Source of the DNA: Alphaproteobacteria bacterium
GTDB taxonomy: Bacteria > Pseudomonadota > Alphaproteobacteria > CALKHQ01
Length of the DNA: 64,000 bases
Assembly (NCBI GenBank): GCA_965227515.1
Contig: CBDDFZ010000001.1
Location: 1,664,001 to 1,728,000, forward strand
Reading direction: 5' to 3'
Part shown: piece by piece, positions 47,759-56,648 of the stretch
Numbering within the stretch: the first letter of the stretch is position 1
How the letters are laid out: each line of letters starts with the position of its first letter
The notes under the pieces: model-generated
Told to the model about the DNA's origin: nothing
The model's database searches: none
Seen by the model: only the letters and a program-made list of their open reading frames with translations
Made by a program: the position numbers and the translations under genes

Positions 47759-48505
47759 ATGAAGAGCATGATGGTTGCGATGCTGCTTGTCGTCGCGGGC
47801 TCCTCGGCGGCGCTCGCCCAGCAGGACCCGCCACCGCCGCCACCGCCGCCGCCGCCGCCAGGCAGCAACGGGCCGGGCGGCGCGCCGCAGGTCCAGACGG
47901 TCGAGACCGCCGGCAGCGTGCAGATCATGGCCGAGGTCTGGGCCGACAACTGGTTCGCCCTCTACGTCAATGGCGCTCACATCGCCACCGACAGCGTGCC
48001 GATCACCACCGAGCGCTCGTTCAATGCCGAGCGCATCGTGTTCCGCGCCGACTATCCGCTGACGCTGGCGTTCCAGGTCATGGACTACCGCGAGAACGAC
48101 ACCGGGCTGGAATACATCGGCACCAACCGCCAGCAGATGGGCGACGGCGGCTTCATCGCCCAGTTCACCGACATGGCGACCGGCCGGGCGATCGCGGTGA
48201 CCGACAGCAACTGGCGCTGCCTGGTGACCCATGAGGCGCCGTTGGACACCTCATGCGTCCGCCAGCTCAATCCGGCGCCCGGTGTCGGTGCGTGCACCTT
48301 CTCGGTCACGCCGGAGCCGCCGGGCTGGCAGCAGGCGGGGTTCTACGACAGCGCGTGGCCCCATGCGCGCGAGTACAGCGCCGGCCAGGTCCGCCCGAAG
48401 GACGGCTATGATCACATCGACTGGGCGCCGCAGGCGGCCCTGATCTGGGGCCCGAACCTGGAGACCGACAACACGCTGCTATGCCGGTTGCAGATCGGCG
48501 GTTGA
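47759..48505 (+). CDS. Secreted hypothetical protein with polyproline linker and Cys/Trp-rich domain
   Basis: GGAGG RBS, signal peptide ALA-Q, Pro11, WADNWFALYVNG, four Cys. Confidence 0.82.
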   Translation: MKSMMVAMLLVVAGSSAALAQQDPPPPPPPPPPPGSNGPGGAPQVQTVETAGSVQIMAEVWADNWFALYVNGAHIATDSVPITTERSFNAERIVFRADYPLTLAFQVMDYRENDTGLEYIGTNRQQMGDGGFIAQFTDMATGRAIAVTDSNWRCLVTHEAPLDTSCVRQLNPAPGVGACTFSVTPEPPGWQQAGFYDSAWPHAREYSAGQVRPKDGYDHIDWAPQAALIWGPNLETDNTLLCRLQIGG

Positions 48506-48556
48506 TGCCGCCGTCTGTCGGTATGCGGGTGTCTGACCTATCATTCCACCATCCCT

Positions 48557-48733
48557 CGTCATCCTCGGGCTTGTCCCGAGGATCCATTTATGTCCGTTGT
48601 TCAATGGGTTGAAGGCGATACGCGGTGCAGTAGGCGGTCGATCGTTGCGCTTTGCCCCGCGAGAACCGACCATTTCAGGCCCGTCTCGCGCCCCGCGATA
48701 CCATGGGTCCTCGCCACAAGGGCGAGGACGACA
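48557..48733. repeat. REP-doublet / MITE-like element, family B, copy 3 (177 bp, reverse orientation)
   Basis: ctcggg-cttgt-cccgag and ctcgcc-acaag-ggcgag termini. Confidence 0.88.
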
Positions 48734-48809
48734 AGACTTTTCTTGGAGAATTCGGGCAACCCGCGCCAAGACTTGTGAATGCCACCGGCTTCGAACCGTG
48801 TGCTTTCAA

Positions 48810-48834
48810 GGAACCGTGCCGCGCCCAGCACGTT
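48810..48834 (+). promoter_or_regulatory. Candidate sigma-EcfG (general stress) promoter
   Basis: GGAAC-N16-CGTT, exact match to consensus, about 105 bp before the ATG at 48940. Confidence 0.55.
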
Positions 48835-48939
48835 GTTGATTCCGGGGCGCTGTGTTGCACGATACCGGTGCGGGCCGTTATCGGCTAACATGCCGGCCAG
48901 GAGGACGTGCTGAGTCACGAACCAGGAGAGTTTCCCAAC

Positions 48940-49446
48940 ATGCTTAGATTTGCATTCGCCCCCAAGCTCGCGCTCGCCGCGGTCGGTCTGTTCCTTGGCC
49001 TGCTGGCGACAACGTCCAGCGCCCAGGCGGCCTGCGACCGCTGGGACACCGTCAACAACGTTGCCGGTTTCGGCACCGGCGCGGTTATCTGCGCCCAAAC
49101 GTCGCCGGACACGCAGTTCCAACTGCTGTGCGGGCAGCTTGGCAACTACACCGTGCGCGTTTCGGAGACCGTGTTCTCGTCCGCCGGCGCACCGAGCAAC
49201 ACCACTGGCCGGCCGCAGCAGTTCACCATGACCACCGACGGCGGTGGGCGCTATGACATCACGCTGTTTCTCGACGACTCGACGCGGATGTTCGTGGGCT
49301 CGATCCCCGCGTCGGACCCGTTCGTCACCTCGATCAAGCGGCACTACTGGCTGACCGTCACCCATACGTCCGGAGTGCAGAACGGGCGCTTCTCGCTGAT
49401 CGGCTCGTCGCGCGCGATCGACTTCATGCGTCGTACCTGCTCGTAG
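48940..49446 (+). CDS. Secreted hypothetical protein
   Basis: AGGAG RBS, signal peptide AQA-A, four Cys, beta-rich sequence, C-terminal FSLIGSSRAI. Confidence 0.78.
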   Translation: MLRFAFAPKLALAAVGLFLGLLATTSSAQAACDRWDTVNNVAGFGTGAVICAQTSPDTQFQLLCGQLGNYTVRVSETVFSSAGAPSNTTGRPQQFTMTTDGGGRYDITLFLDDSTRMFVGSIPASDPFVTSIKRHYWLTVTHTSGVQNGRFSLIGSSRAIDFMRRTCS

Positions 49447-49576
49447 CCGCGCCAGGCAGCACAAGCCTCGGCATGTTCGGCCCGGGTGGAGCGGTTGCGC
49501 TGCCCGGGCTTCAATTTCGGCCTATCGCCCGGCGTGTCCGCAGTTCGGACCCACCTTCATACCCAAGGGGATATCC

Positions 49577-49993
49577 ATGAAAGCCATGTTGAAGCTCGCT
49601 TGCGCGGTCGCGTTGCCGATGTCGGTGCTTGGTGCCTGCAATTCCAGCGGCGGCGGCGACGGTGCGCAGCCCGCCTTCAATCCGCCCGCCGCCACGCCTG
49701 CCGCCACCGGCGGCGCGTCTGCCGGGGTCAGCGGGTTCGACCTGCTGGATGGCCATGGCGATGTCACGGCGACATGGACCGCGATCGGCAACGGGCAGTG
49801 GCAGATCCAGAATTTCGGTAACGGCGAGTCCGGCACCGTTCAGGAGATCGGGCGCTCGGATTGCTGCATCACGTTCCAGGTCACGCCGGAAGCCGTGTGG
49901 AGCGTGGATTTCAACGGCATGGAACTGAACATGGCCCCTGGCGAAAGCGATTCGCGCTTCACCATGGACGTCAGCGGCGTTACCCGGGGCTGA
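49577..49993 (+). CDS. Hypothetical lipoprotein
   Basis: AAGGGG RBS, LGAC lipobox, Gly/Ala/Pro linker, beta-rich domain with CC. Confidence 0.78.
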   Translation: MKAMLKLACAVALPMSVLGACNSSGGGDGAQPAFNPPAATPAATGGASAGVSGFDLLDGHGDVTATWTAIGNGQWQIQNFGNGESGTVQEIGRSDCCITFQVTPEAVWSVDFNGMELNMAPGESDSRFTMDVSGVTRG

Positions 49994-50717
49994 TCGCCGT
50001 CTGCGTTCGGCGGTCGAAAACCTCTTCGAAGGCCTGGAGCAGCGCGATATCGGCGTCTTCCATCGTGACCGGTAGGCCTAGGTCGACCAGTGAGGTGACG
50101 CCGTAGCGCTGCTCCGCGGTCTCCGCGATGCCGCACGGCACGATGCCGGCGAAGTGCTCCAGGTCCGGCTCCACGTTGAAGGCGATGCCGTGGAAGGTCA
50201 CCCATCGGCGCACGCGCACGCCGATGGCCGCGATCTTGTCCTCGCGCCCGCCGCCCCGGTCGACCCAGATGCCGACCCGGCCCTCGCGCCGCTCGCCGCG
50301 CACGTTGAACGCGCGCAGGGTGACGATCATCCATTCCTCCAGCAGGTGGACGAAGCGGCGCAGGTCCCTGTCGTGGTGGGTCAGGTCCAGCATCACATAG
50401 CCGACCCGCTGGCCGGGGCCGTGATAGGTGTACTGCCCGCCGCGCCCGGTGCGGTAGACCGGGAACCGGTCCGGCTCCAGCAGGTCCTGGGGCTTGGCGC
50501 TGGTGCCGGCGGTGTAGAGCGGCGGGTGCTGCAGCAGCCAGACCTGCTCGGCCGCCGTGCCCTCATGAATGGCGGCGGCCCGCGCCTCCATCGCGGCGAC
50601 GGCACCGGGATAGTCGACGACCGGTCGGTCGCTGATCTGCCACTCGACCGGCGGCGGCATTTCGGCTGCGACCGAACCGACTTTTTGCTGGGTGATCGTG
50701 CTGGGATCGGCGTGCAT
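49980..50717 (-). CDS. lipB: Lipoyl(octanoyl) transferase
   Basis: [34 protein letters not shown]. Confidence 0.96.
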   Translation of the reverse strand: MHADPSTITQQKVGSVAAEMPPPVEWQISDRPVVDYPGAVAAMEARAAAIHEGTAAEQVWLLQHPPLYTAGTSAKPQDLLEPDRFPVYRTGRGGQYTYHGPGQRVGYVMLDLTHHDRDLRRFVHLLEEWMIVTLRAFNVRGERREGRVGIWVDRGGGREDKIAAIGVRVRRWVTFHGIAFNVEPDLEHFAGIVPCGIAETAEQRYGVTSLVDLGLPVTMEDADIALLQAFEEVFDRRTQTAISPG

Positions 50718-50782
50718 AGCTTGAAGATATGTAGGCGATTTGCTATTTCCCCACCACTGAATTGAGCGCGAAAGCGCCGTTT

Positions 50783-50869
50783 GCGGTCGTGGCGGAATTG
50801 GTAGACGCGCAGCGTTGAGGTCGCTGTGGGGTAAAACCCGTGGAAGTTCGAGTCTTCTCGACCGCACCA
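50783..50869 (+). tRNA. tRNA-Leu (GAG)
   Basis: GCGGTCG acceptor stem, cagcg-ttGAGgt-cgctg anticodon arm, long variable arm, GTTCGAG, encoded CCA. Confidence 0.97.
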
Positions 50870-50921
50870 TTCCTCAAAATAGCCGCCCACCCTTAGCGGC
50901 CAACGGACCGGGACCTCGCCG

Positions 50922-52316
50922 ATGGCTGATTCCGCCACCGCCCGTGACGATGAGGCCGTGGACGAGGCCGCCAGCCACTTCGGACTGGGCGACGCCGACA
51001 TCCGTGAAGTCGTCGAGGCGATCGACCAGAAGCGCTTCGACCAGGTGGCCGAAAAGGCGGCCTCACTGCATGGCGCCGACCTTGCCGACCTGATCGAACA
51101 GGTCGGTGGCGAGCGCCGCGCGCTGCTGGTCAAAACGCTTCGCTCCCCGATCGATCCCGACCTGCTGTCGCACCTGGACGGCGACATCCGCGAGACCGTG
51201 ATGGGCCTGCTGCGGCCGGCGGACCTTGCCGCGGCCCTCAGCGAGATGGAGAGCGACGACGCTCTCGAACTGATCGAGGACCTGGACGACGAGCAGCAGG
51301 CCGCCATCCTGGAAAAGCTGCCGGCGCCGGACCGCGCCATCGTCGAGCAGGGGCTGGCCTACCCCGAGGACAGCGCCGGGCGCCTGATGCAGCGCGAGTT
51401 CGTGATGGTGCCGATGTACTGGACCGTCGGCGAGACCATCGACCATCTGCGCGCCACCAAGGACCTGCCCGACGACTTCTTCGACATTTTCGTCGTCGAC
51501 CCGCGCCTGAAGCTGGTGGGCATCGCGCCGCTCAGCCGCCTGATGCGCAACCGCCGCCCGACCAAGGTCGCCGACCTGATGACCGAGGAGGTGCGCCGCA
51601 TCCCGGCCGAGATGGATCGCGAGGACGTGGCCTACATCTTCCGCCAATACGGGTTGGTCGACGCCCCGGTGGTGGACGACGACGGCCGGCTGCTGGGCGT
51701 GGTGACGGTGGACGACGTGGTCCACGTGCTGGGCGAGGAAACCGAAGAGGACATGCTGAAGCTGGCCGGCGTGCAGGAGTCCGACCTGTTCAACGCCGCG
51801 CTGAAGACGGCGCGCACCCGCTTCACCTGGCTGTTCATCAATCTGATCACCGCGATCCTGGCGTCCGCGGTCATTGCGCTGTTCGAGGCGACCATCCAGC
51901 AAATCGTGGCGCTGGCGGTGCTGATGCCAATCGTGGCGTCGATGGGCGGCAACGCCGGCACCCAGACGCTGACGGTCGCGGTGCGCGCGTTGGCGACCAA
52001 GGACCTGTCGTCCGCCAATGCGGCGCGTGTCATCGGCAAGGAACTACTGGTCGGCCTGCTGAACGGCATCGTGTTCGCCGTGCTGACGGGCGTTGCCGCC
52101 TATCTGTGGCTGTCGTCATGGGAAATCGGCACCATCATCGCCTGTGCCATGGTCTTCAACCTGGTGGTGGCGGCATTCTTCGGCGCGTTCATTCCGATTA
52201 TCCTGGAGCGCGTCGGCGTGGATCCGGCGGTGGCGTCCAGCGTGCTGCTGACCACGGTGACCGACATCGTGGGCTTCCTGGCCTTCCTGGGTCTGGCCGC
52301 GGTCTTCCTGCTCTAG
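50922..52316 (+). CDS. mgtE: Magnesium transporter MgtE
   Basis: YPEDSAGRLM, CBS pair, ASMGGNAGTQT, DPAVASS, TTVTD. Confidence 0.96.
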   Translation: MADSATARDDEAVDEAASHFGLGDADIREVVEAIDQKRFDQVAEKAASLHGADLADLIEQVGGERRALLVKTLRSPIDPDLLSHLDGDIRETVMGLLRPADLAAALSEMESDDALELIEDLDDEQQAAILEKLPAPDRAIVEQGLAYPEDSAGRLMQREFVMVPMYWTVGETIDHLRATKDLPDDFFDIFVVDPRLKLVGIAPLSRLMRNRRPTKVADLMTEEVRRIPAEMDREDVAYIFRQYGLVDAPVVDDDGRLLGVVTVDDVVHVLGEETEEDMLKLAGVQESDLFNAALKTARTRFTWLFINLITAILASAVIALFEATIQQIVALAVLMPIVASMGGNAGTQTLTVAVRALATKDLSSANAARVIGKELLVGLLNGIVFAVLTGVAAYLWLSSWEIGTIIACAMVFNLVVAAFFGAFIPIILERVGVDPAVASSVLLTTVTDIVGFLAFLGLAAVFLL

Positions 52317-52347
52317 CCACCCACCCGTCGCCGCTTCCGGTCGGGCA

Positions 52348-52434
52348 TTTGCATTTTGCAAAAGCCGTTTTCATGACAGATCGTTAATTTTCGCATTTTG
52401 CAATCGAACCGGCGGTTCGTCGTGCAAAGTGCGA
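52348..52434. promoter_or_regulatory. Three TTGCA-N3-TGCAA enhancer-like boxes
   Basis: TTGCA-TTT-TGCAA 52349-52361, TCGCA-TTT-TGCAA 52391-52403, GTGCA-AAG-TGCGA 52422-52434. Confidence 0.7.
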
Positions 52435-52556
52435 TGATACGCCGGCTGCCGAAGCCGCGCCGACGATGTGCCGATCTCGGCTATCCTACGGAAATTTCAC
52501 ATTTTTTTCGGCGGACGTCGGGACGTTCGCCGGGGTCGCCGCCGTTCCAGTGTCAA

Positions 52557-52571
52557 TGGCACGCGCCTTGC
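52557..52571 (+). promoter_or_regulatory. Sigma54 (-24/-12) promoter
   Basis: TGGCAC-GCGCC-TTGC, exact match to TGGCAC-N5-TTGC. Confidence 0.8.
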
Positions 52572-52635
52572 GCATGTCCCTGCAATCGTTGTCATCGCCG
52601 CATTAGGCTCGATGCAACGATCAACGGAGGCAGCA

Positions 52636-52836
52636 TTGGCAAATCGTACGAACGTTTCGTCGCATGCCCTGTCGGCTGTTCGCCCTCGGCGATCCACGAG
52701 GGCGCTTCGGCCGTATGACAACACACGGCAGCGACCAACGATCCGCGATGACGCGTACTCATCCGTTGGCGGCATGACCGCATCCCCCCGAACGCAGGTG
52801 CAGCCGGAAGGAATTTTCCAACCATGCGACAGGTAG
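52636..52836 (+). other. Possible small ORF (66 aa, TTG start) or structured leader RNA
   Basis: GGAGG 5 nt before TTG; hairpin at 52681-52704; peptide not recognisable. Confidence 0.3.
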
Positions 52837-53354
52837 CTTCGAGCAATGATGCTCCCCACACACCGCAAGTCATACGTTTTCCCGAGAAGCCGGGCGCCCA
52901 TGTTTCCGAAAGGGTTATGTTGGTCGTTTATGCATTCGACTGTTACGGGCGCGTGATCTGTACCCAGCGGATCGGCACCGGCGACCAGGGGCCGCGCTTC
53001 GCGCTGCCGCACACCGTGGTCGGCGGTCATGAGACGCTGACCCTTGCCGCGCGGCGGCTGTTGCTGGACAGCACCGGTTTCGCGGCACCCGACTGGACCA
53101 GCCTTGGCGCGGTCGCGCTGTCGGGGCGCGAACAGCCGGACCGGGCCCACATCATGGTGGCATCGAACGCCGGCACGCTGCGGGAGCGTAGCGACGACGA
53201 TGACAATGGCGACGTGGCCCTGATGACGCCGAACGAACTGCGCGCGGAATCGCTCAGCGGACGGGTGACCGCGGAGGCCGATATCGTCGCGGTGGAACTG
53301 GTGGAGGCGATGCTGTCGCTGTCGCGCTCGCTGGACAGCGACCTGGACGACTAG
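52824..53354 (+). CDS. Nudix-fold protein with degenerate Nudix box
   Basis: VVYAFD..GRVICTQR...FALP.....ETLTLAARRLLLDSTGF follows the Nudix layout but lacks REUXEE. Confidence 0.72.
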   Translation: MRQVASSNDAPHTPQVIRFPEKPGAHVSERVMLVVYAFDCYGRVICTQRIGTGDQGPRFALPHTVVGGHETLTLAARRLLLDSTGFAAPDWTSLGAVALSGREQPDRAHIMVASNAGTLRERSDDDDNGDVALMTPNELRAESLSGRVTAEADIVAVELVEAMLSLSRSLDSDLDD

Positions 53355-53414
53355 TGGTAGGGCAACACCGCCTGTCCCCAACCCAGCGCTTGGCTCGAAC
53401 TGCTAATCCCTTGC

Positions 53415-53541
53415 CGTCATTGCGAGGAGCGCCGTCCATCGCTTGGATGGGAGGCGCGACGCGGCAATCCAGATGGACATGCGGCAACCTCACGCCCAGC
53501 GCCTGGATCGCCACGCCGGCGTGCGCCGGCTCGCGATGACG
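53415..53541. repeat. GTCATTGCGAG...CTCGCGATGAC palindromic element, family E
   Basis: Terminal inverted repeats, internal gcaatccag / ctggatcgc pair and nested hairpins; between convergent genes. Confidence 0.82.
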
Positions 53542-53579
53542 CCAGAATATTGTGGTAGTTGGGCGCGTGTGCCCCCAGC

Positions 53580-55223
53580 TCAATCCAACGTGCGGGCGCG
53601 CTCGCGCAGGACGAACTTCTGGATCTTGCCGGTCGAGGTCTTCGGCAACGGGCCGAACACCACGTGCCTGGGCACCTTGAATCCAGCCAACCCGGCACGG
53701 CAGTGCGCGATGACGTCGTCGGCGCCCAGCGCGCCCTCCGCCGTCAGGGTCACGAACGCGCACGGCACTTCGCCCCATTTCTCGTCGGGCCGCGCGACCA
53801 CGGCTGCCTCCATGATGGCGGGGTGGCGGTAGAGCACGTCCTCCACCTCCAGGGTCGAGATGTTCTCGCCGCCCGAGATGATGATGTCCTTCAGCCGATC
53901 CTTCACCTCGACATAGCCGTCGGTGTGCCACACCGCGAGATCGCCGGAGCGGTACCAGCCGCTGCCCATGGCGGCCGCGGTGGCCGTGGGGTTGTCCAGA
54001 TAGCCCTTCATCACGGTGTTGCCCCGGTACATGACCTCGCCGATGGTCTCGCCGTCGCGGGGCACGGCCAGGCCGGTGGCGGGGTCGGCGACGGTCAGGT
54101 CCTCCAGCATCGGATAGGGCACGCCCTGCTGCGCCATGCGCGCGTGACGCGCCTCCGCCGGGCCATCTTTCCATGCCTTCTGTGGCACGCACACCGTGGT
54201 CGGGCCATAGGCTTCGGTGGTGCCATAGAGATGCAGCACCTCGAAGCCGAGCCTCTCCATGGCCGCGATGATCGCCGAGGGCGGGGCCGCACCGCCGGTG
54301 GCGCACAACACGCGGCCGGGCAGAGCGAGCCGCGCCTCTTCCGGCGCGTGAACCAGCAGGTTGAGCACGATGGGCGCCCCGCACATATGGGTGACGCCAT
54401 GGGCGGCGATCTGCCGGAACACGGCCGCCGGCTCCACCTTGCGCAGGCAGACGTGGGTGCCGCCGACCACGGTGACCGCCCAGGTGAAGGTCCAGCCGCT
54501 GCAATGGAACATCGGCAGCGTCCACAGATAGACGCTGTCCTGGTTCAGCCCGAGGGTCAGCGCGTTGCCCATCGCCGCGAGATAGGCGCCGCGATGGCTG
54601 TAGACCACGCCCTTCGGGTCGCCGGTGGTGCCCGAGGTGTAGAGCAGGCAGAGCGAGTCCCACTCGTCCGCCGGGCCGGGCGGCGCGAAGGCCGGGTCGC
54701 CCCCGTCCAGCAGCTCCTCGTAGTCGAGCGCGCCGGCACTTGGCGGCAGCTCGACGTCAGGGTCCGCGATGCCGACGATGGGAATCGGCGTGGTCATGTC
54801 GGCGGTTGCCGCGCGCACGGTATCGGCGAATTCGTCGTCGGCCAGCAACAGCTTGGCCCGCCCGTGGCCCAGGATGAAGCCGACGGTGGCGGCGTCCAGC
54901 CGGGTGTTGATCGGGTTCAGCACCGCGCCCAGCATCGGCACCGCGTAGTGCGCCTCCAGCATCGCCGGCACGTTGGCGGCCATGATCGCGACCGTGTCGC
55001 CACGGCCGATGCCGCGCTTGGCGAGCGCCGAGGCCAGCCGCACGCAGCGCTGGTGGAAGGTGCGGTAGTCGAAGCGCCGGCTGCCGTGGATCACCGCCGT
55101 GCGGTCGCCGAAGAAGCGGGCCGCGCGCACCAGATACGACACCGGCGTCATCGGCACGAAGTTGGCGGCCGAGCGCACCAGCCCGTCGGGTGGCACCTCG
55201 AATGTGGGGTCGGGGGTGGTCAT
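53580..55223 (-). CDS. Acyl-CoA synthetase (AMP-binding; LvaE-like)
   Basis: YTSGTTGDPKG, LPMFHC, YGTTE, IISGGENI, PKTSTGKIQK. Confidence 0.93.
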   Translation of the reverse strand: MTTPDPTFEVPPDGLVRSAANFVPMTPVSYLVRAARFFGDRTAVIHGSRRFDYRTFHQRCVRLASALAKRGIGRGDTVAIMAANVPAMLEAHYAVPMLGAVLNPINTRLDAATVGFILGHGRAKLLLADDEFADTVRAATADMTTPIPIVGIADPDVELPPSAGALDYEELLDGGDPAFAPPGPADEWDSLCLLYTSGTTGDPKGVVYSHRGAYLAAMGNALTLGLNQDSVYLWTLPMFHCSGWTFTWAVTVVGGTHVCLRKVEPAAVFRQIAAHGVTHMCGAPIVLNLLVHAPEEARLALPGRVLCATGGAAPPSAIIAAMERLGFEVLHLYGTTEAYGPTTVCVPQKAWKDGPAEARHARMAQQGVPYPMLEDLTVADPATGLAVPRDGETIGEVMYRGNTVMKGYLDNPTATAAAMGSGWYRSGDLAVWHTDGYVEVKDRLKDIIISGGENISTLEVEDVLYRHPAIMEAAVVARPDEKWGEVPCAFVTLTAEGALGADDVIAHCRAGLAGFKVPRHVVFGPLPKTSTGKIQKFVLRERARTLD

Positions 55224-55579
55224 GGCTTTGTCGGGCCGCGCCGCGCCAGATAGCGCGGGTTGGTCACCGACAGGGTTGCCTCCAGGTGCGCGCGCAGCGC
55301 CTTGCCGAGGCCGGGCGTCGTGGTTTCGGTGAGCGTGCCGTCGCGCAGCGCTGCCGCCAGCCCGTCGATGTCGGGCGGCGCATCGCTTCCGCAAGCGGCC
55401 AGGAGCGTGCGGTCGGCGGCCGCGGCGTCATGCTGCATCGCCCGCGCGGCGATGCCGAGCGCGTTGCCGATCATCGCGCCGGTGTAGCGCTGGTCCTTGG
55501 CCAGCGCCGGCTGGACGGAGTCCGCGAACGCGGCCCGCGCGCCCTCCAGCAGGTCGATCAGGTCGGTGTTACTGGCCAT
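55220..55579 (-). CDS. Small helical protein (DUF6285/LvaB-like)
   Basis: LLEGAR, MIGNALGIAAR, LSVTNPRY; overlaps both neighbours. Confidence 0.75.
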   Translation of the reverse strand: MASNTDLIDLLEGARAAFADSVQPALAKDQRYTGAMIGNALGIAARAMQHDAAAADRTLLAACGSDAPPDIDGLAAALRDGTLTETTTPGLGKALRAHLEATLSVTNPRYLARRGPTKP

Positions 55580-56648
55580 GACCCCAGGATGCCACATAGT
55601 CCTCGATGCCCACGAGCGCTTCGTGGGTCAGTTCCGGCGCCATCATGCCGGTCAGCGCCAGCTCCAGCCGGTTGGCCGGATCGCCGGCGGCACGCGCTCC
55701 CTGTTGCAGCGCAATCACCGCCCAGCGCACCGCGGCCATGATCTCCCAATAGGCGATGGCGCGGTCGTCGATAGGGCGCGGGTCGACCGACTGGTAGCCG
55801 TCGTAGAACGCCTGGCGGGGGGCGATGCCGCCGGCCTCGCGCTCGACCGCGCCGAAGCGCCAGCACGCGGCGCAGAACCAGGCGATGTCCTCGTGGCGGT
55901 CGCTCCAGCCGGCGAATTCCCAATCCAGCACGGCGGTCAGGCGGCCGTCCCCTTCTACGTCCACCATGTAGTTGCCGGTGCGGTAGTCGCAGTGGCAAAG
56001 CACCAGCGCCTGGTCGGCGGGAGCGTGCGCCGCCAGCCACGTCAGCGCGTATTCCAGTGCGGGCTCGGTGGCGCCGATCTCGTCGAGATAGCGGCGGTAC
56101 TGCGCCACGCGATGGTCGCTCGGCCGCTGGTCGGGCACCGGCAGGAAGTCCAGGTCGCGCGTGTCGCCCGGCAAAATCCTGTGCAGCAGGGCCAGTTCGC
56201 GGCCGAGCTGATGGGCCACCGCCGGGCCGAAGGACTCGACCGCCGGATCGCGCACCACGCGGCGCGCCTGGGCGACGCCGGCCACATGCTGCATGACGAA
56301 GAACGGCGCGCCGATGGGGCCGTTGTCCTCGCACAGCGCGATCGGCTCGGCGACGGTCATGCCGACACGCTGCCCGGTGCGCAGCAGGGCGAACTCCTGC
56401 GCGCGCCCGTGGCTGGTGGCCACACCACTGGCGGAGTCGGTGCGCAGCACCCAGCGGTGGGTGCCGGCGCGCGGCCCGCCCGCGACCTCGGCCTCGACCG
56501 ACCAGTTCTCCTGGATCGCGCCGCCGCTCAGCAATTGCGGGTTCGACAGCGTGACACTGTCGGCGCCGATCAGCGGCGCCAGTGCCGCGCCGGCCCGCGC
56601 CAGCCGCTCGCCCCGCAGCCGGCCCCCGTCGGCGGTCTCAGGCGCCAT
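55569..56648 (-). CDS. Phosphotransferase (LvaA/ACAD10-11 kinase-domain-like)
   Basis: LSGGAIQENW, QEFALL, HCDYRTGN, LDWEF. Confidence 0.88.
   Translation of the reverse strand: MAPETADGGRLRGERLARAGAALAPLIGADSVTLSNPQLLSGGAIQENWSVEAEVAGGPRAGTHRWVLRTDSASGVATSHGRAQEFALLRTGQRVGMTVAEPIALCEDNGPIGAPFFVMQHVAGVAQARRVVRDPAVESFGPAVAHQLGRELALLHRILPGDTRDLDFLPVPDQRPSDHRVAQYRRYLDEIGATEPALEYALTWLAAHAPADQALVLCHCDYRTGNYMVDVEGDGRLTAVLDWEFAGWSDRHEDIAWFCAACWRFGAVEREAGGIAPRQAFYDGYQSVDPRPIDDRAIAYWEIMAAVRWAVIALQQGARAAGDPANRLELALTGMMAPELTHEALVGIEDYVASWGHGQ

Noticed and set aside
50718-50870. lipB ORF extension overlapping the tRNA, and tRNA-Leu as an integration site
   Set aside because: Extension is antisense to the tRNA; no duplicated tRNA 3' end or integrase seen in the window
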